A DNA stretch of 62,983 nucleotides, counting the filler, from Octopus bimaculoides (taxonomy: Eukaryota): assembly GCF_001194135.2 (NCBI RefSeq). It is 6 parts of 4 records of this genome, joined end to end, with 100 filler letters (N's around TTAATTAATTAA, not from the genome) between each part and the next. Parts side by side here need not be neighbours in the genome. Positions count along the whole stretch, not along the records: positions 35,330 to 55,099 come from NC_068981.1; 5 more parts are not named here. One strand, written 5' to 3'. A program made the position numbers and the translations under genes. The notes under the pieces are model-generated. The model did no database searches and had not been told where the DNA came from. It saw nothing but the letters and a program-made list of their open reading frames with translations. How positions within the stretch are numbered: the stretch's first letter is position 1; each line of letters opens with the position of its first letter. Shown here piece after piece: positions 40,881-53,649 of this stretch.

Positions 40881-41300
40881 GGCGGCGAGCTGGCAGAAAC
40901 GTTATCACGCCGGGTGAAATGCTTAGCCATATTTCGTCTGCCGTTACGTTCTGAGTTCAAATACCGCCGAGGTCGACTTTGCCTTTCATCCTTTCGGGGT
41001 CGATAAATTAAGTACCAGTTACGCACTGGGGTCGATGTGATCGACTTAATCTCTTTGTCTGTCCTTCTTTGTCCCCTCTATGTTTGGTCCCTTGTCGGCA
41101 ATAAAGAAATAAGAAACGTTAGCACGCTGGATGAAATTCTTAGTGGTATTTCAATTGTTTTTATGTTCTGAGTTCAAATTCCGCCGAGATCGACTGTGCT
41201 TTTCGGGATCGATAAATTAAATACCAGTTGCGTATTGGTTCGATCAAATCGACTGGGTCCCTCCTCAAAAATTTCGGGCCTTGTGACTAGAGTAGAAAAG
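40881..41300 (+). mobile_element. two tandem SINE family 1 copies (young plus older)
   Basis: ggcggcgagctggcagaaacgtta...gttctgagttcaaa...gcctttcatcctttcggggtcgataaattaagtacc; core recalls the MetaSINE domain (from memory, unverified). Confidence 0.9.
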
Positions 41301-41511
41301 AATATTTATACTTTATTGAATAAACTAATTAGAAATTTTAAAAACTTTTGCACGGATATACTGTAGTCTGATGGATGGGAGTTCCATAATGGCAATATTT
41401 CAAATATGACATATCCCAGTAAAACAGCAAGTTAAATATTCATAGGCGCTATAGCGCCATGATACCTTAGTAGGGTGTGTGTTTTGATGGATATACAGGA
41501 TAATAATTAAT

Positions 41512-41680
41512 AGGCGCAGGCGTGGCGATGCAATAAAAAGTTTACATCCCAACCAAATTGTTTCGGGTTCGATACCACTGCGTGACACTTTGGACTGGTG
41601 TCTTCCAGTATAACCTTGTGACGACCAAAGCCTTGTGAGTGGGTTTGGTTGACGGAAACTGAAATAAGTTGCTAATATGT
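41512..41680 (+). mobile_element. SINE family 2 head
   Basis: aggcgcaggcgtggc...gggttcgatacc...gacggaaactgaa. Confidence 0.8.
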
Positions 41681-42119
41681 GTGTGTTAACAATAACGAAC
41701 ATAAGAATGGGCATTCAACACCGAAAGTAGAGTATAAATAATTTGCTTCACTGTGCCGAGACCAAAACTGGCTGAAACTCCGAGTTTTTCATCAAGCGTG
41801 GATACGTTTCAACCACATTTAATTCATCTGTTGGCTATTTTGATGGAATACATACATTAACAAATAATATGGATGCAATATGATCTTCGATTAATCAGCG
41901 CAAATCCCGTGTTCGCATATTATGAATATAGAATAAGGGAGATTAGTCGTGCTTCGTTTAAAATAGTTATATCCATCGCTAACACCCTATAAGTGTCTTT
42001 GTGAGTAATGAGTGCGTGAATAGCGAAATTAATTATGATTGATAAGTAGATAAATCCAGTTTTTGTTACGATGTGGTGGCTCGTATAATCTCAATGACCT
42101 TGAGCGCTTTGTTAGCGGA

Positions 42120-42745
42120 ACATGAGCTCCTAGGAGGGCCACATATGCTGGGCAAGTCAGACTAATAAGAGTCACCACTTACCAGAGGTAATAAGTTTGT
42201 GTAGGGTCAGCACCCCTACCTAGAAAAGAATTAAAGTTATTTGGAGCATCGACAATTCAATACCAAGAAGACCGGAAATAGAAAAGACTTCCCTCGGAGA
42301 AACAAGACGCGTCAAGCCCTGACCTGGAACCTACTAGGGAAGTGGAAGAGAGGACAGTCAACACCAGTGGTTCTCAACCGGGGTCCGTATAAGATTTCGT
42401 TGTTAAAGTTTAGGAAAAATAAGTTGATTATTCATCTACAATACACAAAATATGTTTAGCAATTTTTTATACAATTCCTAAAAATATTTATAAAATATAA
42501 AAATATTGTAGGGTTTTTAATATGCGGGTCCAGTAGAGTAAAATAGGAACCAAAGGGGTCCATAGACAAAGTATGGTTGAGAACCACTGCTCTAAGCAGA
42601 GCTGGAAGTGAAATACTGAGGTAGAGTTGAAAAGCAGGTATTCAAAAAGGGAGAAGCAGAAGGCAACCCAGAATAAGGAACAGCGAAAAGGCGTTCATGG
42701 CCTATGCTCTATAGGGAACGAAGGGCTTGGGTAAGTAAGTATTAA
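42120..42745 (+). mobile_element. RTE LINE derivative with (TAAG)n tail, interrupted by a hAT MITE
   Basis: TRQALTWNLLGKWKRG matches RTE TRQALxWNPQGKRKRG; tail gtaagtaagtattaagtaa. Confidence 0.7.
42365..42589. mobile_element. hAT MITE
   Basis: Perfect 15-bp TIR CAGTGGTTCTCAACC / GGTTGAGAACCACTG; 8-bp flanks do not match. Confidence 0.85.
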
Positions 42746-43254
42746 GTAAACAATTGATGAATAATGAGTTGTGGATGAGTAGTGCAATATTTTTAGGGAT
42801 TAGGTTATGTGTGTGTGTGCGCGCGCGTGTGTGTGTGCGTGTGCGTGTGTGTGTGTTTACAATAACATAACGTTTACATCTGTTTCGTAGGCGTTCACTT
42901 ATTCATTTCTTTATTCTCTTTGCCACACTCTGCTTTCGGGTTGCATTTGGATAGACCATCATATTCATGAAAGCAGGAATGGACAATAATTACGTGCACC
43001 TTAAACTGGTCTAGGCGCATGTCCCTACTATATTTCCACAAGAAGACATGCGCAAGCACTATACTAGTATTTTATTTCTCCTTACGTAGTCGCACTTCGT
43101 CAATCGTTTAGACTTTCATAAATTCGCACAAACATTCCGGCGGGAATGTTTGTGCAAATATTTCGATCTTACATTCAATGCTCGGAATACGAGTTTGAAT
43201 AGCGCACAACAAAATAAATAAAATAAAATGAGATAAAATAAAATAAAATACGCT

Positions 43255-43660
43255 ATGTGAGGAAAGACACTCACATTGCAGCCAGGTGGTTTCCGATTCA
43301 GTCCCAGTGTGTAGCAATTTGGGCAAGTGTCTTCTTCAAGAGCCCAAGCCGACCAATGCCTTGTGAGTGAATTTGGTGGAGGGAAACTGTGTGGAAGCCC
43401 GTCGTATACATATATATATATATGCGTGTGTGTGTGTGTGAGTGTGCTTTGTTTTTCTTACCCACACCGTTTGATGGTCGGTGTTGGTTTGTTTATCTCC
43501 CACATTAAATAGCGGTGCGGCAAAAAAGACCGACAGAATAAGTACCAGATTTTAAAAATGATAAATACTGAGGTCGATTTATTCGATTAAACCCATCAAG
43601 GTTGTGCCCCAGCATGGCCGCAGTCCACTGACTGAAACAAGTAATAGATAAAAGATAAAA
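43255..43660 (+). mobile_element. SINE family 2 full copy
   Basis: Head, internal (TA)(TG), 3' body. Confidence 0.8.
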
Positions 43661-43839
43661 CACATTTAAATAAGATATACATAAAAGAAATAAAACGTGA
43701 TGGATAGTCGTGAGAGATTATATGGAGTTATACAAAGCTGTTCCGTGGAATAATCGGGTAAGTGTTCGTATGCTTAATACCCACAACTGTATTTACAGGC
43801 GAATTTGGGTCCCAAGCGCGCAATAATATATTCAAATGC

Positions 43840-44007
43840 ACAGGCGTGGCTATGTGGTAAGACGTCTAATTCCCGACTACATGCTTCTGGGTTCAGTCCC
43901 ACTGCGCAGCATCTTCAACAAGTGTCTTTTACTATAGCCTCAAGCCGACTAAAGCCTTGTGAGTGGATTTGGTTGACGGAAACTGAAAGAAGCCACCTTA
44001 TATATAA

Positions 44008-44010
<3 letters not shown>
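43840..44010 (+). mobile_element. SINE family 2 head
   Basis: Family motifs. Confidence 0.8.
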
Positions 44011-44074
<64 letters not shown>

Positions 44075-44189
44075 TAGACAGACACGGTTAATTAAAGAGA
44101 GTGTGTGTGAGAGAGAGAGTGTGTGTGAGAGAAAGAGAGGAGAATGAAGAAAGACAGATATGCTGAGATGGCTAGATAGAGAGAAAAAG

Positions 44190-44235
<46 letters not shown>

Positions 44236-44912
44236 CAGACATCGACTGATAGAGAGGTTGATAGAGTGAGAGAGAAAGGGTCAGACAGACAGACAGACAG
44301 ACAGATAGACCGACAGGCCGCGACGGATACATAGACTGAGAGAGAGAGATGTTTGTACGTATGTATGTATGTATGTATGTATGTACGTATGTATGTATGT
44401 ATGTATGAACGTATATATGTGAGAGTGCATTTGTTTGACCTGTGTGAATACGAGTGTCAAGCGCTCGGTAAACATGTAAAATACTGAAACTTGTATTGTA
44501 ATACTTTTATACAAGTATGCTGATACTATAGAGAAATTACTGAATAGGAAAAGTAGATTACCGAGCGACCTGGTAAACTTGTACTGGCTCTGCTTTTTCA
44601 AGAATAAATATTTCCAAGTTTCAGCGGCTGAAAATTTTCAGTGTGAACGATGCATAATGAAATTTAAAAGAATGGAAAATTTATGCGATCTCTAGCAATA
44701 GATTAGAGATCAAATCAAGCATCATGTAGAAATCTTTTAAAAACAGGGAAGAAAAATAAAACGAAATACGCAAATTTTCTTTGACAAACGCATGCATACA
44801 CAGACATGTACACAAATACACACATGCACGAATACACGCACACACAATTGTGCTCATACACACACATATATGCATTATATATATTTTATGCATACATATA
44901 TATACTTATATA

Positions 44913-44955
<43 letters not shown>

Positions 44956-45054
44956 NNNNNNNNNNNNNNNNNNNNNNNNNNNNNNNNNNNNNNNNNNNNN
45001 NNNNNNNNNNNNNNNNNNNNNNNNNNNNNNNNNNNNNNNNNNNNCATATGTATC

Positions 45055-45105
<51 letters not shown>

Positions 45106-46549
45106 GTTTTTAGTGCGAGAAAATGCGTTTAACACTACAAGTTCCTTGCTAGCAGACAATGACGTCTTCACGTAGGTTGTTGCTAGACCTGCTAGAAATA
45201 GCAATCATATTCCCCTGAAATAGTACTCTAGTGTCTTAAAAAATAAAAGGTAGGTCAAATTTGTTCATATAATCCTAAGTATACAAAAATACGTGATTAT
45301 GATAGCTGGCATGCCTTTGATCATTGGTTTTGCTTACTGAAAACAGATCTAAAACTAAACAAAAACAACAACCAGATGCTATTTACATTTCTACAATTCA
45401 ACAATTTTTAATTCTTCAACGAAAATCTCTTGTATATTTGTGGTATGTGTTAGCCTTGTATTTGGATTTAAGTTTTCTTTATTTTATTTTTTTTTCCTTC
45501 TTTTGCATTTTTACTTATTTTAGTTTATTTTTCATTTATTTTGCTTTTTTCTCTCAAATTCATTCACGGACAGAAAACTGTTAGAAAAAAAGTAGAAATT
45601 TATTCATGTGTAACGTGTTAAACATGAATGAATACTAAAAGATTAAGATAGCTACCATTTATTTTTATCTTATGCCTACATGACAACGGAATCGTTACAT
45701 TAATTCAAGGAGAAACGGAAAAGAAATAAAGATGTTTGAGTGAATGACAANNNNNNNNNNNNNNNNNNNNNNNNNNNNNNNNNNNNNNNNNNNNNNNNNN
45801 NNNNNNNNNNNNNNNNNNNNNNNNNNNNNNNNNNNNNNNNNNNNNNNNNNNNNNNNNNNNNNNNNNNNNNNNNNNNNNNNNNNNNNNNNNNNNNNNNNNN
45901 NNNNNNNNNNNNNNNNNNNNNNNNNNNNNNNNNNNNNNNNNNNNNNNNNNNNNNNNNNNNNNNNNNNNNNNNNNNNNNNNNNNNNNNNNNNNNNNNNNNN
46001 NNNNNNNNNNNNNNNNNNNNNNNNNNNNNNNNNNNNNNNNNNNNNNNNNNNNNNNNNNNNNNNNNNNNNNNNNNNNNNNNNNNNNNNNNNNNNNNNNNNN
46101 NNNNNNNNNNNNNNNNNNNNNNNNNNNNNNNNNNNNNNNNNNNNNNNNNNNNNNNNNNNNNNNNNNNNNNNNNNNNNNNNNNNNNNNNNNNNNNNNNNNN
46201 NNNNNNNNNNNNNNNNNNNNNNNNNNNNNNNNNNNNNNNNNNNNNNNNNNNNNNNNNNNNNNNNNNNNNNNNNNNNNNNNNNNNNNNNNNNNNNNNNNNN
46301 NNNNNNNNNNNNNNNNNNNNNNNNNNNNNNNNNNNNNNNNNNNNNNNNNNNNNNNNNNNNNNNNNNNNNNNNNNNNNNNNNNNNNNNNNNNNNNNNNNNN
46401 NNNNNNNNNNNNNNNGTTGACGGTGCCTTCTTTTCGAGATCGATGAAAATAAGTATCAGTCAAGTACTTAGGTCAATCTAATTGACTTGCCTTTCTCAAA
46501 ATTACTGGCTTTGTTTCAAAATTGGAAAGAATTATTATTATTATTATTG

Positions 46550-47087
46550 AGTTACAGAGCGGTCATGCCATCAAAGTGACACTGGGGTAAAATATACGAA
46601 GCCCAGTATACCCATCATGACTATCCGTCTGATAAGGGTGCACCAGGAACATGTATCACAAACCATATGTGCGCGACATGGTGATCTCATATCAAGAAAA
46701 ACAGTGCATGACCTTGCAGGTGGGACCCAATTACAATTTTCTTCAGGTTGAGTAGCCCATCCCGCTCAAAAGGTCCCTGAATAAGGGTCGTTTAAAGGTG
46801 CTGAACGAAACACCCGTGTTTCTTGAGGTGAGTTATTCAAACCCCACAGAAATCTTCTCAACACATGGCAATGATGTTCCCCCGCTACTTCTGCTCATGA
46901 TCAGAGATGCACATATCATCAGCCACTAAGGGACATTCTCAACTGGTTAAGGTCAAACAACTGACAAACAAATTTGAGCAGAATATTTGCTGTAGCCCAT
47001 CTTTTATACCATGACAAAACAATGTACATGATAGCATTTTCAATCAGTTAATATCAGAAGCCATGAGAGCCACTGCCTGGTACGGCA

Positions 47088-47118
<31 letters not shown>

Positions 47119-47260
47119 GAAGGAGAGAGCAGTGCAAAGTGACGCTCGGGTGCAAATATGTGAAGCCCAATACACCCATCATGTCTACTTTCTGATAAGA
47201 GTACACCAAGAACATGCATGACAACCATACGTGCGCAACATGGTGATCTCATATCAGCTG
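46550..47260 (-). mobile_element. (AAT)n-tailed non-coding retroposon (46550-47088) plus a tandem truncated 3' copy (47110-47260)
   Basis: Two copies share aaagtgac...gaagccca...cccatcatg...ctgataag...acatggtgatctcatatca; each bounded by (ATT)n. Confidence 0.65.
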
Positions 47261-47289
47261 TCTAGAGAGACTGACCATTAGAGAGCTTT

Positions 47290-47680
47290 CCACTAGAAAA
47301 GGAAAGTCAGGAGGGAGAGGGAAGTGTTGGCCCCCACCCCACCCAATACCCACCCAGTATTTCTATTTAAAGATGAGTAAATGTGACGATGATGGCCCGT
47401 GTGAAGGGTCAACTCTGAACATACGCTTATAAGCCGGAGGGGGTGAAAAGAGACAGACGTCTGCCCTTGGTGGTTGGGCATGACCAGAATGTGGGGGGTT
47501 CCTTGCTTGGCCCTCCTGGAGGGAACTCCTCACTTTTGGGGAAATTTATTGCTTAAATTTTTTTGTCAATTGTTATTGTTTTTATTGTATACACGTATTT
47601 TTGTGCTAAACCTATTTCATCCTCGTTTTATATTGTCCCTTTATATTTTATGTTCGGCCCTCGTGGTCAACAAAGAAAAG
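47290..47680 (+). mobile_element. probable LINE 3' UTR (L1/Tx1-like)
   Basis: GC-rich then T-rich segment ending caacaaagaaaagattattatt; no ORF. Confidence 0.35.
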
Positions 47681-47713
<33 letters not shown>

Positions 47714-47715
<2 letters not shown>

Positions 47716-47930
47716 GGCGGCATGCTGGCAGAATCGTTAGCACTCCGGACAAAATGCTTAGCGGCATTTGGACCGTCTTTACGTTCTGAATTTAAATTCC
47801 GCCGAGGTCGACTTTGCCTTTCAACCCTTCTGGGTCGATAAATTAAGTACCAGTGAAACACTGGGGGCTGATGTAATCGACTTGCCCCCTCCCCCAAAAT
47901 AGCTGCCCTTGTGGTAAAATTTGAAGCTAC

Positions 47931-47974
<44 letters not shown>

Positions 47975-48099
47975 GGTAGCGAGCGGGCAGAATCGTTAGC
48001 ACGCCGGGCGAAATGCTTAGCAGTATTTCGTATGTCTTTACGTTCTGAGTTCAAATGCCGCCGGGGTCGACTTTGCCTTTTATCCTTTCGGGGTCGATA
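47714..48099 (+). mobile_element. two tandem SINE family 1 copies separated by (ATT)n
   Basis: Family consensus visible twice. Confidence 0.9.
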
Positions 48100-49479
48100 C
48101 NNNNNNNNNNNNNNNNNNNNNNNNNNNNNNNNNNNNNNNNNNNNNNNNNNNNNNNNNNNNNNNNNNNNNNNNNATTATTATTATTTGATAATGATGATGA
48201 TGAAGAGGAGGAGGAGGAGGGATATCAGCAACATGTTCGTTTCGACTTGCTCGTAATTTTGGTTTTAATTTAACCAATTTCCAATGATTTGTATTCCAAA
48301 ATTTTTCCTCCGCATGTCACATAAAAAGCTCAAGGGTTTCGGGAGCCGCTTGACTTCTAGGGAAGAAATTTCTCATTTATTTTGAATATTTACCGATTTC
48401 TTTTAAAAAAAAAATAACCAGAAAAACATGGTGTCGATTTTTGCGGGGAAAGTGTCAAGGGAGTGAGATCAGAAATTTGAAGAGCTGTTTTGACGCAGAC
48501 TTCCCACCTTTAAAACAAAACACCACCATCACTGCCACCACCACCGCCATCACAGGCACCAACTGAAACAACAACAAAAACAAGGCAAATGCGAAGGAAT
48601 ACAATAGCAACAAGAAAGAAGACAACAACAACAAAGAAAACGAAGTGAGAACTTGGAATAAAAAAACAAAAAATTAAATCGATTTTTCAACACATCTGCA
48701 CATTTCACCTCTACCACCACCGTTAACACCAACACAAACAATGAATACACTACAACTTGCAAATGCAGTGTTGGTGGGTTCGCCGATACCGTCCGCCAGA
48801 TAGAAGAAGAAATTATTTTATCGTCAGAGGAGTTTTAAAATCCGAAAAATATACTTACAAAGTCTGGATGAAATGTTGCATTAATTATATCAGAATCAAG
48901 AAACCGACCTCAAAACTGTGGTGTATAAAACTTTAGCAGCAAAATAAGAGAATAGAACAGGTGACACAGTAGTTAATATAAAAAATGTCTCCGCTCAATC
49001 TGGGACAACAAAGCATATATCGCCAGGGAGAAAATGTATGGCACAGAAGAGGTAAGATTCCGTACAGTGACTGAAGCCAAGAAGTATTCTCAACAACCCT
49101 AACGAGTGATCAACTGCTTCTCAAATCAATATACCTACGTCATAAGGTAGTAAAAATAATGATAACGAATGTGCTCCTAGAATTAAACATGTGCTGCTTG
49201 GTAGAAACAATAAAAATTAAAAACACTAGTGGTTCACGTACACCAAAATATAAGCATCGTACACAGCTCCATTACATTACCGAATATCGTTCCACCGCAT
49301 ATCAAAATCATCCAAATATTGCAACATACGTACAACGTTTTAAAGAATAAATATCCCCACTGGAGTAGGGGACTTCAGAGGAAATATAAACGATAGACTG
49401 CCTAAAGAACTGCACGTGGAAACACCCACAAGTAGGCAGGAGAATAAGGCAAGTAAGCCTTTTCTCACCTCTTTCTTTC

Positions 49480-49640
49480 AGTCAAACATAGCCTTACTCA
49501 GATTAGGTAGTTTAAATGCAGGTGTCTTTGGGTTACCATGAAACAACGTCACCTGAACGACCTCATATCACTAGATATAGATGTGGTGGCCATCAGCGAG
49601 ACAAGAGTTTCCGATCTACACGTCTTCACGCCCTATGACG
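49480..49640 (+). mobile_element. L1/Tx1 LINE APE endonuclease N-terminal fragment
   Basis: LRLGSLNA...KQRHLNDLISLDIDVVAISETR matches APE motifs I-II. Confidence 0.6.
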
Positions 49641-50158
49641 AAAAGCCATTCCAGCTGTGACACTACTATCGGATTGTCTTCAAAAATAATTTGTCTAGGA
49701 CTATATTATACAGTATCCTTCATTTTAAAAAACCATAGAATGTGATTTTAAGGAGATTTGGGTGGTATTTTTGGTTGTCCTGTAACCACGCATAAATAGG
49801 TCACAGTTTGTAAATAGGAGATATAGTTGATGATATCCCACCCACCCAGTATTTATGTTCAGTCGTTGCATATTTTATCTATCTCAGAGGAATGACCCTA
49901 ATAGTATTTGAATTCACAACAGAGACAAAATTAAATGCTGCAAAGGATTTAGTTTATCATTCTACTACTGATGGCACTCAAACATAATCAAAATATACGG
50001 TGATATTGTCCGATAAATTTTCAGTTTCAGAAAATTTTGCAACGAAATCGAATCAACTTAATTCAAAAGCATTAATCATAAAACACAAATTTACAATTCA
50101 GTTCCTGTGCATACACCAAATTATTAAATGAAAATTTGATTTTAATATTTTTGATCTA

Positions 50159-51434
50159 TTGGGTCATCCCATAAATAATGCGGTTTTATATACTTCTTAT
50201 CTTTCAACATTAAGATAAACAAAGTTCTTTTTTAATCTAAAATATACTCTCCTTCATTTTCTACAATGCTCTTCCAGCTATCAGGTAGACTCGCAAGGCC
50301 CCTCTTCCAAAATTCACTTGTCCGTCACGAAAAATACTCCTCCAGTACTGTTCTGATCTCGTCTACAGAATTCATATTTTTTCCGTCCAAATGATTTTGA
50401 AGACTGCAGAATAAATGATAATCAGATGGGACAGTATTCGGTGAATGTGAGGGTGGGGAACTGTTTCTCATTCAAACTGTTCCAGCCTTTGGAATGTCAT
50501 CCTCGCTGCATATGGCCGAGCATTATCCTGATGGAAGATCACCTTTTGTCTTGAAAGCAAAGATGGTCGTTTTTCTTCTAGCGCTGACTTAAGCCGCTCA
50601 AGTTGCTCGCAGTAGATCTTTGTTATCGTTTGGTTTGGGTTTAAAAGTTCAAAGTGGACTAAACCTTTCATATCCCACCAAAAAGATAACACCTCACGTG
50701 GGTGAAGATCTTCTTTAGCCTGGGGTGTCGGTGTTTCTCCTTTCCCTACCCACTGTCTTCGGTGCTTGACATTTTTATAGAGAACCCAGTTCTCGACACC
50801 AGTCACTATTCGGTCCAAAAGATTCATTCGTGAGACGTAACAGCGAAGAAGAACACACATTCACACTCTGCGCACGATTAGACTGAGAAAGTTTGTGAGG
50901 AACCCATTGACCTAATTTGCTGACTTTTCTGATGCCAAGCAGGTGTCGATGGATGGTTGAATAACCAAATCCAAGCTTTTCTGCTAGTTCATCAGCAATT
51001 ATTATGAGATTTTGTTCCACCAGAGTTTGCAAGACGTCCTCATCGAGCTCTACAGATCTTCCAAGATGAGGCTCGTCTTCTAGGCTGTAGTTTCCGGCTC
51101 GGAATTTCTGGAACCACTGTTGACACTGGCTTACGCTTATTGTCCGATCCCCATAAACTGCATTAATATTCCTCGCACTTCCCGTTGCGTTGTTGCCTTT
51201 ATCGAAGTCATAAAGCAAAATATGCCGAATATGCTCCTTTGTCACTTCCATTATAGCTTTGAAAATATAACTGTTAGAATCGAATTGCACTCTTCAAAAC
51301 TTGCACTAAGAATAAGGACAAGGTAAAATTACTATATGCTTTTATAGAAAGTTGATGCAGGTAGTTTATCCCGTCCCCCTCCAGCTTTTAGTTCACACAA
51401 TTAAAAAAACCACATTATATATGAGATGACTCAA
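50159..51434 (-). mobile_element. full-length (1276 bp) decayed mariner, TA-flanked
   Basis: TIRs ttgggtcatcccataaataatgcggtttt / reverse complement ttgagtcatctcatatataatgtggtttt; transposase with WVPHKL, TGVENW, HQDNARP, SPNTVPSDYHLF; frameshifts. Confidence 0.95.
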
Positions 51435-52077
51435 TATAAAGTTTTATATATAATAGTTCTAACAATTCCCGTTAATACATTTTATCTTACCTGGGTGTAA
51501 TAGATTTAGCGCAAGAATTTATGTTTCTGTGAACGTTTAGAACATTACAAATCTCAGTTTTTCATCTATAACCTAAAATTTAATTAAAACTAGTCGTAAT
51601 ATTTCAGTGTGTGTAGCTCTGACACAAAATATTGCAGCATGCTGTTTACTATATTCTACTCTAATAGAAATTAAAAGGCCTAATTTAACATTTGATGGGG
51701 GAAATATTACTTTTTTCTTGAAAGGCTATTTGATATTTCATTAATTACACTCCGTGACTTATCTTTGAGGTCAATACTTGCATGTATAATGTTTGTTATG
51801 AAGTCATCGTGGACCCACATACGTATAAAAAAAATAGCGAGATTTTTTTCTTTTTTGTAATTCTTTTAAAATGGCCGAGTATTTTTTTTAATCTGTACAC
51901 AGATATGTTATTTATGCAGGGTTCATTATTAATTCTATCTATTATGAGAGCAGAAAGACTGTGTGTTTTGTAATTTTCTTTTAGTGATGAATAAGTAAAT
52001 GTTATTGACAGAAGAATATTTTAAATATGAAGCAGCAAAGGTTTATTAGTTTGGTTAGATAGTCTATAAAAAAATTC

Positions 52078-52635
52078 GGATCTATTTTAAAACGGGGGCC
52101 ACATTTTTCATTAATGTTTTACGTAGTGTTTTTGGTACCGAAAGACTTTCAAACTTCGTATATTTATCTATTTTGTGTTATAGAACAGAAAAATATTTTT
52201 GTATTCGAATTTATTTCATGTAAAAAATTGTCTTATTTCGATAATTTCAACCAATCACTGACAAGTATNNNNNNNNNNNNNNNNNNNNNNNNNNNNNNNN
52301 NNNNNNNNNNNNNNNNNNNNNNNNNNNNNNNNNNNNNNNNNNNNTAACCCTAACCCTAACCCTAACCCTAGGGTTAGGGTTAGGGTTAGGGTTAATTGTT
52401 TCAGAATCGTTTGTTTATGTAGTCGGCACTTAATGTATATCGGCTGAATGGACGTCAGTGATTGGTTGAAATTACAGAAATACGACAACTTTAACATGGA
52501 ATAACTTATGGATTTCTTTTTTTTTTTTAAGAAGACTAAGAGAAAAAGATGTTTTATATGACACATTCTACTAGTGTTCCAAGTTTCAAAGTGTTTCGTT
52601 AATGAAAAATGTGGCCCCCGTTTTAAAAAAGATCC
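52078..52635. mobile_element. GGATC-ended MITE (Merlin-like) with 8-bp TSD and a central telomere-repeat palindrome
   Basis: About 38-bp TIR; AAAAATTC at 52070-52077 and 52636-52643; perfect 20-bp internal IR 52243-52262 / 52454-52473. Confidence 0.8.
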
Positions 52636-53649
52636 AAAAATTCTACTGCTCCTTTAACCACAAAGTCAAACACGAAATAACAAGTATGGCTACTTTGAAT
52701 ATGAATTCCCATTCCAGAACCGTTTCATAAATCTGAAAAAAAATTGACCTAATATTCACAGAAATGTTAAGGATGAAAACAAAAGGCAATTTATCTCTGC
52801 ATTTGAATGTATTTTTCATTACTATTATAGCCACCAATATTATAAGGAAATTGCAATAACATGAGGAGCCAGTAGCAACGGTGAAACGTCCGATTGTGTT
52901 TTGTATTCAAATAGCAATGTAATGGAAATTACCTCCTTTTTTATCTGCTTTCTGGAATCAATAAAATATGTAGCATTAACATCAATAATTCAATCGGTTT
53001 TACTGACCATGCTTATCCGCCTCTGCAAATATTGATCCAGTTCTCAAACGAAAACAAATATGTGTATAAATTGCAAGGAGTTAGAGCATAATATACCTGC
53101 ACTCATGGTTCTGGTTTGGTGAGGACTCAATTAGTAACTGGCGTGACGTTAAGATACTCTACATACCACAGATACCACTTTATCGTTATCATAGTATGAA
53201 CAGCCCATATCACTTCGACACATGATTAACTTGAACCGTAAATGTCTTCGACGCAACAATTTTCCATTAAAAAATATGAACTAAAGGAGGAAGCCTTCAT
53301 GTAGTCGCACGACATGTTAAAAATAACCGTAAAATCCTCATCATATCACATATTTTCTTTAAAAGGGAAGGGAACAATCGAAAATATAGTCCGAGATATA
53401 TGTATGAAGAAACGGCGAGACGGTCACAACTAGGATGCTTTGATCATCGGTCTACTCAATCGAGACTGGTCTGGTCTAAATAACAACAACATATCAATAA
53501 TGACGATAATGATCGTCTCTACATTGGCCACTAAGGGCTCCACAAAAGGTGAAAAGGACATTAGTGCAAAACAGAAAAAAACATACAGAAATTTATACAT
53601 ATACACAGATTTACAACAATGAGATAAGAAAATTTTAGCAATGAAAATT

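Noticed and set aside
43707-43840. VRDYMELYKAVPWNNR|gtaagt with a nearby acceptor
   Set aside because: Would need a 41-nt intron and a purine-rich upstream acceptor, and runs into a SINE
48860-48916. Minus-strand 57-nt segment with cag| and |gtaagt
   Set aside because: Stops in all frames; such motifs are expected by chance
50960-51000. CTGATGA...GAAA on the minus strand (hammerhead-like)
   Set aside because: Coding sequence of the mariner (ADELAEKL); no stems
52345-52394. Ancestral telomere-telomere fusion
   Set aside because: Polarity is (CCCTAA)n then (TTAGGG)n, the reverse of a fusion, and it lies inside a TSD-flanked MITE
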